Assembly (NCBI RefSeq): GCF_037042905.1
Contig: NC_087247.1
Coordinates: 51,460,001 to 51,524,000, forward strand
Length of the DNA stretch: 64,000 bases
Source: Lytechinus pictus
Lineage: Eukaryota
Direction of reading: 5' to 3'
A program made the translations under genes and the position numbers. How positions within the stretch are numbered: position 1 is the stretch's first letter; each line of letters opens with the position of its first letter. The notes below the pieces were generated by a model. The model made no database searches and had not been told where the DNA came from. It saw only the letters and a program-made list of their open reading frames with translations. This document shows positions 49,701-61,700 of the stretch, piece by piece.

Positions 49701-52700
49701 TACGCTAATCAGATAACTTGGTATGATAATTTCACAGTATAGTCTTCATTTACCACACTGCAAAAAAAACCCTCCGGTGTTGATTTACCACCACCCCGGA
49801 ATTATGTCCACAGACTCCACACCAGAGAAGTATTGAAACAACACCAGTTTTGAATCAAACCAATGCTGTTTTAATATTTATTGATGTTGTATAAACACGT
49901 ATATTTCATAAAGGAATTGCAACTGTTGTAACTTTGCCATAATGGCAACTACCGTGGTAACAGAGCTCAGCAGCCAATCAAAATCAAGGTTTCCATGGTA
50001 GTTGCCATAATGGCAAAGTTACAACAGTTGCAAGTCCTTTATGAAACGGGCTCCTGGTGTTAGACCAAAACCAAACTGGTGTTGTTTAACAATTATCTGG
50101 TGTAGACATGATATAGATTCCGGGCTGGAGGTAAATCGACACCGGAGTTTTTGCAGTGCATGTTTATTTTTTTCTATAGTTAATTTTATGTCTGGAAAAC
50201 ACTGTCCTTGAAGAATATATCAAGTATTTAATTGAGATATATGGAAAACGTAATCGACAAGACAAAAAAAATCAATTTACCCAATATTTGCTGACTAAGA
50301 GGTAGGAATTTATGCCAACTTCTTTGTCTCCCTTTATTTGTCTCCAGGCTATGGAGATTTCCCTTCCACCATTCCATTTGTCAATTTTAACTAATAAATT
50401 TTACCAGTTAATGTGACCCGTCATTTGATTGAATTGTTGATTAATGCAGAGTCATTCTTTCACATCGCATTCATTATGTTCAGTTTGGGCTTTTAGATCG
50501 AAATTCTTGAGAACATTATGGAATCTCAACAACATGTAAACGGGAAATAGTGTGTAGCACCTATTGAAGAATGAAGAATTTGGGGGTAATTCACTTAAAT
50601 AACTGCGCTATTCACGCTATATAAAAGCTGATTGTTATTCAGATACATCATCTTATCATATCTCCTATTACCAAAAGAAAATATTTTTTGAAATTTCGTA
50701 TTTTACTATTTCAATTCAACTGAATGTGAGACAATTGAAAACAACTTTTTAATAGTTGAAAAGCTTATCCATGCATTAGGTAACCTCACCCCCGTTGCAT
50801 ACCAGATAAAACCTCTGCAGAACACGACACATTTGTCATGAGTTTTGTCTAGTTAGCGAGCGAGCAAATAAAACATCTGCCATTATCACCAGATTATTGT
50901 TTTCGTCAACGGGGCTGTCCAAAAATCACGAAATCTGAAAAACTTTGTGACAGAGATCACCAAATGTATGATAATCATAGAACCAAAATAACAATGCAAA
51001 GGAGAAGAGAGAAATGGGGTACAAAATGACAGATCCAGACATTTAATTCAGTGGATCTAGTACGTGTCCCATCTTAAGTTGGAAGACTATTCCTAAATGG
51101 TGTTGAAATATGAATGCATAGGGGAAATTTTTTTCAAGATAATATTTTTTATGATTTCTGAGGGGGGGATATTCTTCAAATCCCATACAATTTGGGCTAA
51201 ACATTTCAGGAGAACCTTTCCTGCATGGTTATTGCGATCCAAATTCCTTTTGCTCAAGTAACCCTTCACAGAAAAATCAGTGAGAGTTCATGAACTCACG
51301 TAATAATTTCTCAAAGTTTTAGTTTTTTATTTTACTAGCCATGTAATGGTTTATGTCTAATGCTGCTGTCAAGCCCTCGGTCCATAAACGTATGTAAATG
51401 AATTGATTTTACGCATTTTTTTGCCTATATATATGAACTCTAATAAAGCCCTTAAAATAGGATACATACGTTGATTTGTTTATGTTTTATTTCATTTTTT
51501 TTGCTTTTTTTATATTTTGTATTCTTCAAACAATATTTTTACACTAAGAAAACATAGTTAGTTTGATTATAATACGTGATCTGGAGGTGAATGAAGAGTT
51601 TAGATTGAGCACCGTGTGTGTTGAAAGGATTGGAAGGTGGTAAACCATAACGAGCAAGTGTGTTTTGAGAGAGAAAAAAAAGCACATGCCACCTACGGAA
51701 GTAAACATACTGTTTTGAAATTTCATAAGGGCACATGAATATTAAAAAGGTGGTATGCTTATATAATCGCCATGACTACCAAGGGTGGTGGTGAAACAGC
51801 ATTGCCAACATGTACACAGTGTGCCAGTGTCATTCAATCCAGTTTGTGAAAAAGCAAGATTACACTGTGGAACGAATACACTGTATGTCAATTGTATGTT
51901 GAACCACACTTTGGGAATGTTTACCGTTATAAGAAAACATTGAATCCGATCGAACGTCACATTTTTTTATTTTTCGAGTCGACTATTAAGAACAAACTGG
52001 ATGTGAAACACCAGGTTTTTATAAATTTTGCCCAATACTCCATTTCTGGTCCCCTCGAAATTTTTGGCTCATCACGCTTTGTACAGCATCAGGAAAAAGA
52101 CAGGTCAAAATAAAAAAATCCAACCCATCGACCACCAGGAGTGTCCATAAAATGACCACAGTGTGCGATTAATTAAGAGTATACACCCACAATTTGTAAA
52201 ACTGTGGTAAAACTGTGATTTGGTATCATTCGTAAAATGAGTACATACAAAAATAGAAGCGAATTCTGTTTTATGTGATGATAATGTAAGGAATAACCAA
52301 TATACTATTTTTCTCAGTTTTACCATGGACCTATTCGTAATAGGTCCATGGTTTTACCATGCAAGTTGGTACCTAACCGATAACAAAGAGTTCTCACAGA
52401 AAATGCTTCATTATACCACAATCTGACAAACTGTTTTAGAATGATGCAATCCTCTTGTGACCTGTAAATTAGAAAATAAAATTGTATGTAGGCCTATCAA
52501 TCGCAAATGTAAGCATTGTACTCATCAGCTCACACAAACCATAACTACCAGTAGGTCCTTATGACTGGATCCCCATAATTTTCAACACTATGCCACGCAT
52601 TATCTTTATATATTTCATAGGGTATATTTAACTTATCTTTTTTGTGTGATTGATTTCCTCAGTTCCATTATACTTTCATGCAACTTCAATCAAGCGATCC

Positions 52701-55700
52701 TTCTCTCATGGGGCCACCATTACTCAGCATCACATTGGAAGATAGTATGCCAAACAATAACACAGGTATGTTTTCCTTCATTTTCCTCTTTCTTGGTAAT
52801 TAAAAAAAAATAGATTTATAAATTTCATGAAAAACTAATCTAACTAATACTATTTAAGAATAGACAAAAAAATAGGGCTCCTTGGGTGTGTATGCATTTT
52901 ATTTTCGTAGAGGTTTTCGTTGATTTTTTTTTTGTCCCAGCTAGATAGACGCCCTCTCCAAAAGTTATCAACGAATATCATTCACTCCAAACTACAGTTC
53001 TCACTAGCTACGTTCCCATCCATGTTCAAGCCAGTCCACTACCACTACTCCAGGGCTCCAGGTTCGGTTAGGAAACCGTTGATATCATATTTACTTCGTT
53101 CAGATTGAGCCCCTTTTTAGTAATATTGTAAATAACGTATAGCATGTGTAATGAGAAAAGAGTGGAGAAAATTGAATACTCCCCTCCCACACACACAATG
53201 AATTTGTTAGCTGTAGCCACCGGCATGGCAAAGGAGATATAGATGTTACCGTACTTTCGTATATCATGTATATGTACACACTCTAAAAACAGCGGAGAAA
53301 AAAAAATAACCCAATATTGGGTAAAAAGGGAACATGCATGTTTGCTGGGTATTTTTTTTCTCTCAATATTGGGCAAAATGCATCTCTGAAGGGTAAATTT
53401 CAACGCAACATTGCGTAAAAATTTACAAAAAAAATATTTGGTATCTTTCCCAACAAACATTCATGTTCCCATTTTACCCATGCAATATTGGGTAAACCTT
53501 TTTTATAGTGCATGTATAATATTTCTAAGCAATTAGTTAGAATGTTCCCTTCATCAAATGGCATGCTGATAGGACAATGCGTCAGATTTTTTTTTTATTA
53601 AAAGCTTTTTAAGTTGAAAATGGAATGAACAGTGACTTTATTTGCATCACATCAATTAAGAGGGGTAAGAGTGCATTAAAAAGAGAAAGGAAGAGATAAG
53701 TATTAAACCATGTTGATTCTTTCTTGGAAATATGGTGGCTCTGAAAAGAGCCGTTTGTAGTAAATATGGTAAAGACCAATTTACTTGGAGGTGGTGTACT
53801 TGGTGACAGCCTTGGTGCCCTCAGAGACGGCGTGCTTGGCCAATTCACCGGGGAGGAGGAGACGAACAGAGGTCTGGACCTCACGGCTGCTGATGGTGGA
53901 CTTCTTGTTGTACTGGGCAAGACGGGAAGCCTCACCGGCAATACGCTCGAAGACATCGTTGACGAAGCTGTTCATGATGGACATAGCCTTGCTTGAGATG
54001 CCAGTGTCGGGGTGAACCTGCTTCAGAACCTTGTAGATGTAGATTCCGTAGCTTTCCTTTCGCTTACGGCGACGGGTCTTGGAGACACCACTTGGGCGTC
54101 CCTTGGCCTTACCGGCCTTCTTTGCTCCCTTTCCGCTGGTTTGTTTGGCAGGCATGATGATTACTTGATTGTGTCGAGTAGATCAACTGAAGCTACAACG
54201 AACATCGCCCCTATTTATACGAACTCCCAAGACCGGATACGCTTGGGCGACGCTACTTTATATCGGTAAACTTCGCGCCAACCTCAATCCCGAGTACAGA
54301 TACAGAGGATCCAGTAGAACGAAAGACTGGTCGATATATTCAATGGGGAGAACCTTCGCGGGTGATAGACTCTTTTCACTGCTGTCGTAACCTTGGTCAG
54401 TACTTACAGATGATATGAAAATTTTCAGTGCAGAAACCAAAGTTTGACTATATACTTTTGAAGTATTCCCCCTGGATAAAGAATGTCGTGAAATGTGAAA
54501 CAAACCTAAAGTTGCGTACCACACTAATATGCTTATCAAAAGTTATTATTTTTATCGAGTGGTCGGTCATTTCTTACAGCTTTCAATTAAGCATTACTGT
54601 ATTCAGTGCCAAACTTCCGTTTTTCGATTTCATTATTGATATTTGGTAAATTTTCTTTTACCAACGTTAAGTGATTATCATTGATACCGACTCTTGGGAA
54701 AAATGTGTTTTCAAAAATAAAATCAAAATATATTAATATTATGAATTATACATACATTAATATATTTTTATGCAAATTTCAACTCATAAATCCAACATCT
54801 AGCCATATACATGTGCATGTATACCGATGCATAATATCCTACTTTATCATTTCCAACTGATGAATTATTGTGCGAGGTCTTCAATACCCTGTTATTTGAT
54901 AATGTGCTTATGGCAATTTATACTACCCTAAACCATCCGCTTATTAGAAGTTGCAAACAATTATTTTGCCAACTTTGAAGAAAACGAACCCAAAAGAATA
55001 ACCCAATTGTAAGTAATAATTTACCTAATAGCCATGTAAGAAAATCCATGCATGGTAGCAATATGATTTCACTGAGCAATGCATGATTTAACATGGATTG
55101 GTCGAATTATCTTTATAAAGTGATACCCAACTAATTAATATTCTCAAGTCATTGTGTGCCGATTTCAGATTTGTTCCAAACACACAGTATTATTTGTCTT
55201 CCCATGCAATGAAATGATGGTTGGGTTTTTGTTCAATACATTTTATAATAATTAAGATATGCTAAAAAGGAATCAAATTGTGAAACATAATATAATACGC
55301 CATTTTCAATCGCTTTGGTAATACTATGTTCAAGAGCGTCATTGTCTTAGGTTTTGAACATTATTATAGATAAACATGTTGGGAAGGTCACCGTATCTGT
55401 TCCTCGTTTATCACGATTGTGGTGAATTCTTAATTAATACAGTTGCTCCTCTCTCTTCTGGTCACTTGAACTTTTAAGAAGCATTGATGTTGTTGGTGGC
55501 GCCTGTTTACTTCATTGAACGTTGAGAGTTTAGCTGAGTATTTACAGAGCTTCACATTTTCTTTATAGAAGGTGAAGCCAAGGGGGGCCTGTAGTGGCTC
55601 GTTTGAAAGGAGTACGTTTATTTTATTGAAAAGCGCGGAATATGCAAATAGATCTCTCTATTGTTCTTCTCCAGTGGCCCTGATCGATTTCGGTGTACAT

Positions 55701-58700
55701 CCCAGCCAGGTAAGGTATAGCATTGCGGGGCTACGTTAACGAACTTATTGATCGCTTTTTGGTACTTTTTGATCACCCGTGGGGGTATATATAGCGGAGC
55801 GCCAGTTTCAAAAGCTAAGTTCGTTTTCAGTTCTCAACGACGACAACAACTAAACTAAATCATCATGTCTGGACGTGGTAAGGGCGCTAAATCTAAGAGC
55901 AAGGCCAAGAGCCGATCAAGCCGTGCAGGGCTTCAGTTCCCTGTCGGTCGTGTCCACCGTTTCCTCCGCAAGGGAAACTATGCCAACCGTGTTGGTGCTG
56001 GAGCTCCAGTCTACCTGGCTGCCGTTCTCGAGTACCTGACTGCTGAGATCCTCGAGCTCGCCGGCAACGCCGCCCGCGACAACAAGAAGAGCAGGATCAT
56101 CCCCCGTCACCTTCAGCTCGCCATCCGCAACGATGAGGAGCTCAACAGGCTGATGAGCGGAGTAACCGTCGCCCAGGGTGGTGTTCTCCCCAACATCCAG
56201 GCTGTCCTCCTCCCCAAGAAGAAGTAAATGCTTCATCTTGCCTTAAAAACTCAAACGGCTCTTTTCAGAGCCACCAAATCAACAAGAAAGAAATTCAATT
56301 AGAAAATCTCTTTAAACACATCGCATTAGTTAATTCATAATACTTTTCTGTCTTTATCTTCACTACCAATCAAGTGTTTGGAAAATTATAGTAGACTTAT
56401 GAGGTTAACGAAATTGTCTGAGGTTAAGAAACCATCATGAGGGGTATAAGAGTGGTCCCTCATCCACTCCCTTACATCTGTTTCTTACCACTTAAGTGTA
56501 CGCATTAATCAGAGTGCTCATTCTAATAAATTGTGCACTAGAAACTCTGAAATATTTTGATAGACCTGCAAGAAAAAAATTTATATTTTCCACTCTTCAG
56601 GACCAACTCCATTAAATAATAATAATTGCAACAGTCAATACCCATTCTGATTACCTAAGTGAATCAAATCTGTAAACTGTGTCCCAAATTCCATACCACA
56701 AACCATCGAAATCAATTATCATGATATATATATATAGGCTTATATATAGCGCATAACGTCCCTATGCGCTTACAAAGGACTTGGAATAAAATCATGCCAG
56801 GTACCAATTCACGTCACCCGAGCAATGTGCTAAGGAAATTACGCCATGGCTGGGATTCGAACCCATGACCCTCTGTTTCAAAGTCAGAAGACTAATCCAC
56901 TGGGCCACAACGCTCTACAAATATCACTCAGTATACAATGCCCCAAATAAATGGACAAAAAAATAAATCCCTTTACCATGCAAGGTTGTTATACTGCATA
57001 GGCGGATTCAGGGGGCCGAGGGGTACGCCCCCCCCCCTATTGGCGATGCAAAAAAGAAAAAAGGGGGGAAAGAAAAAGAAAGAAATGAGGGAAAAGAGAG
57101 GAGAAAAAAAGAAGGGGAAACAAAAGAGGAGGAAGACGAGTAAATAAAATAAGATGAGGGGAAGACTATGTTTTTTTAAATAATCATGTCACTATATAAA
57201 TTTTCGCTCGCGCTCGCATTGCCTATAGGTGATTTACATATCTTGCTCAATATGAAGTCAATATACAAAACATATTCATTTTCATTATGTTGGTTGGTTT
57301 ACAAATTTATTTTGGAAAAGTGCTGTGTAAAAAATGTCTGTTTTATGGTCTGAATATTAACATTTTCTGATCGCGCTGCACGCTCGCAAAATTTTATTTG
57401 TCAGGTACCTATTATTTTCCTGTATTCCGTAAAGTTCTCCCTATTTAGGTCAGATTGTCAAAACGTATGAGCTAGCGCTGCACGCTCGCATTTTGATTGG
57501 TTAGTTATGTATATATAGGTCAATATTAATTCTATAACAGAACTACTTAAAAATCCCTATTTCATGACAGTTTATCAGAAATTTCGGCTCGCGATTTGCG
57601 CTCTCATTGATTGTTGAAAACATATTAACTCATGCATCTCATTCATAATTACATAAGTGCTTTAAAAGTCCAGTTTTCAGGCCATAATATTAATAGATTT
57701 CGCGCTCTCATTAGGCATATTAGATTAATAAATAAGATGGAATATTGACAAGTTTCATCTCGCGCTTGGGAAGAGAAATAGGAAGATAGTCATCATTTTC
57801 ATATGATTACATAATGTTCTTAGAATGTCCCGGTCCTATGTCAAAACTCAAAGTAATAATAATGAAACATATCAGCTCTTTTTTAACTGTGATCCACATC
57901 CACCTTACAATTTTCCTACAAAGTGTTTGAAATACAGAGCTTAGATTGACCCTTTTTCAGATCGGAATATCAAATATTTTAAGCTCGCGCTTCGGGCTCG
58001 CTTTACTGATTTTCATGATAAAAAAGGTATTTAGAATGTCCAGATTCTAGGTCAAAATCTGAAACACGCAGGCATGTTTATTCAGATACGCAGCTTGTTC
58101 TCTATCTAAATCATTATCCAGTTCCAGATCACAATATAAAAAAAATCTGCTCGCGCTTTGCCCTCGCATTATTAAAGGTCAAGTCCACCTCAGAAAAATG
58201 TTGATTTGAATCAATAGAGAAAAATCAGACAAGCACAATGCTAAAAATTTCATCAAAATCGGATGTAAAATAAGAAAGTTATGACATTTCAAAGTTTCGC
58301 TTATTTTTAACAAAATATTTATATGAACGAGCCAGTTACATCCAAATTAGAGAGTCGATGATGTCACTCACTCACTATTTCTTTTGTTTTTTATTGTTTG
58401 AATTATACAATATTTCAATTTTGACGAATTTGACGATTAGGACCTCATTGCCTGAACCACAAAATGTTAAAATAATGGAATTCTACGTGTTCAGGGAGGA
58501 ATGAAACTTCATTTCACATGACAATGACGAGAAAATCAAAATATTTCATATTTCATATAATAAAATACAAAAGAAATAGTGAGTGAGTGATGTCATCGGT
58601 TCCCTCATTTGCATACCGACCGGGATGCGCATATAACTGTTTTGTGAAATGAAGCGAAACTTTAAAATGTCATAACTTTCTTATTTTACATCCGATTTTG

Positions 58701-61700
58701 ATGAAATTTTCAGTGTTATGCTCGTTGAATTTTTCTCTTTTTATTCAAATCAGGTTTTTGTTGGGGTGGACTTGTCCTTTAATGTAGGGAGATTTCCAAT
58801 TACTCATCCTTTTCGTGATTTACAAACCTGAATAGAGTGTCTCATTTTTAGGTGTAAATCTTTTTCTGCTCGCGCTTCGCGCTCGCATCAATTATTTAGT
58901 TATATACTTATCCTTTTTACGATTACAAAAAGTGCTTGGAATTTCCATTCTTCAGGAAATAATGTCAACATTTTCAGCTCGCGCTTCGCGCTCGCATTAT
59001 TTGATTGATGAAATATGTAACGTCTTCACGGCTAACTGCAAGCAGCCGTTAACAGATTTGTTTTATCAGATCAAAACGTATATAAAAAAAATTTGCTTGC
59101 GCTTCGCGTTCGCAGTAATTATTTTAGTTGGATACACATCTTGTTTAGGATCACACATATTGCCCAGAAATTTAAGAAAAAATACATGAAATAAAAAAAA
59201 ATAGCTCGCGCTTCGCACTATTTAAATAAGGCTTATGAGAGTATTATATATTTATGTTGATTTATAAGAATAAAGCTTAGAAGTGACTATTAGCACTACC
59301 CCTCAAAAGAAACAAACAAAATCAACTTCGAGCGGCCGATCGGGGAAAATGTGGCTGAAAAAAAAATCCGCCCCCCCCCCCCCCCATTATTGGCGAAGGC
59401 TGGATCCGCCCCTGTACTGGGCAAAATTCATATAGAAACGACATGCAGTATAGAATGACCCAGAACGTACTTCCGCTCTGGTGAATTAATTCTGTTGTAT
59501 TTCAGATTTAGAATACGATTTCTTGGGAAATTGATGTTCTCCCTTATTAGTTGGCCTTTTAATCCCAACAATATAATGCAGGGTCAGGTTTTAAATTTTT
59601 TAATGTCAGAATTTGATATACTTAATACTAATCATGAGATCTCGCAGTGTATGGATATTATTCAAACGGGGAAACAAAATATTATTCACTTTTTAAAGAA
59701 TGACAAGGTTATCAGTCGAAGTGGGGGAGGTATACCAAAAATAACGGATAATATGCCCGTGGTCCTGTACAATACAAAAGAAAACACAATGAATTCCATG
59801 ACTGAATGTATGGCATTCCACGTACAAAAAGTTACAATTCATTTTCAATAACAATTGTCTCTGTTTGATAATTATGTGTACCCCCAGGTTTGGAAAGAAA
59901 TTCGAATATACTTTGTATTTTCCCTTTTTTCTGGAGTTTGGCATTTTACCACCTTCACTGTCCTTATATAGGCCTACTTACTGGGGCATATTCCTGTTTA
60001 CTTCTTTAAGTTATTAATCCTGTCATAGGCTGTCTCGCTATATTAAGTGAAATGTAAAAGGGTGTATTTTTATACCCCTTTTGCACGCAGCGATAACAAA
60101 ATTAATTAATTATAATCTAGGTTATGGGATGATGATAACGGATAATGAAAGTGATATGGGAAGGGATAATGAATGCTGTAATATAATGACACTTTGTATT
60201 TCTATCAATTCTAGAATTTCGGATGGATTTTCCTTGTACTGGTGAGAGGACTGGCATAGCATCAGTAAACGTCATTCTGAGAATTCGACACTTTAAGAGC
60301 GGTCTCGACATCCCTGCATCACCTATACATCTTAGTTTCGACAAACAGTGTGTGGAAGGTATGACAGTCCATCATCTCTCCTGGCCTCCATCGGTGAATT
60401 TGATAGACACTCTTCATTCGAAAATGTTCTTATCATTACAGAGCATAAAACTGTTTTTGTTTACTCTTGTGTATTCAACATTTTTGCCTGGGATAAAAGT
60501 GTTCCGATTTGTTATTTTGTAAACTATTTTTTTTAACTTTTCTGCCCAACTTTGGCAAAAGCAAGCAAGTGGCACATGAGTCAATTTGAGTTATTGTTGT
60601 TTCTGAAAAACCCTTTGTATGTTGCACGTTCAGTCAAAATTTTGGGAAGAAATGAGCGTTCTATGGGAAGATATTGAAGAAAATATGCTGTTAAATTGCA
60701 TTGACGCCTGTGTAAATGACGAACACACTAGCTCATTTACAACAAATGATACTTTTGTAAGTTGCTTCATTTTGCCAAAGTACGGCAGTATTACAAATAA
60801 TTTCATAACTAACAAAATAGTCTTAAATAACTTTTCCATTATCTTTGAATGAGCGTACAAATACCTTATTTGAATACGATTTCTTGAGAACATGAAGTAT
60901 TGCACTCATCATAATTTGCTTCATTCTTCAGTAAGTTTTCAGTTGTTCATTTTTTTTCATCAGCGCCCACTTGTGAGCCTCGTTGTGCAAATGGAGGTGT
61001 CTGTAATCAGCTTGGACGATGTGACTGTGCCGAGGGATTCTATGGTCATTCTTGCAGAATCAGTGAGTAAAAATGGGCCCTAGCTAAATAAACACTTTCC
61101 ACTTTAGTTTTTAGATTCTGGCGGTTTTATTTGTTTGTTCCCGATCTACATGGCAAAGTTGGCTAAATCAATATATTCAACACGATCACTATATCATTGG
61201 TAGAGCAAACCATATCATAGGTAGAACAAACTTTTCTCATACAGTTCGATAAATATATTAGTTTAAATATTGCATTTCTCATGAACATTGTAAAAATAAA
61301 TAGGGCCTATCATGAATACCCCGATCTTAAACATAGAATACAACTGGGGGAAAGGAAGCTTCTCAAAGATGCTCGGCAATGTCGACTATTTTTTTATACG
61401 AATGTTAATTGAATAGTCATACATTAATGTTTCATTATGATTTCTCCAGACCGTTTTTGGTGAATTAATGTCATCACTTTCTGATTATGTTTTGAAAAGT
61501 ATTCTGCATACCACACTGTTACAACTCGGGAACCTGTGTAGCTCCGGGTGTGTGCGAGTGCAAGAAAGGATTTATTGGAGATCGGTGTCAAAAAGGTAAG
61601 CTCAGCATAAATTCCATATTTTTCTTTCTTTTTCCCCCCAAAAAAAATTGGCTGGTGAGGTAAAAAAAAAACCACTTAATTCAGGTCATCAATTCTGAAT

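Noticed and set aside
53609-54015. ORFs overlapping H2B in other frames or strands, and 55916-56236 antisense to H2A
   Set aside because: These are shadow ORFs produced by the GC-rich codon bias of histone genes.
56845-56916. tRNA gene on the minus strand
   Set aside because: It has A and B boxes but a defective cloverleaf and is followed by an L2-like tail, so it is a SINE head.
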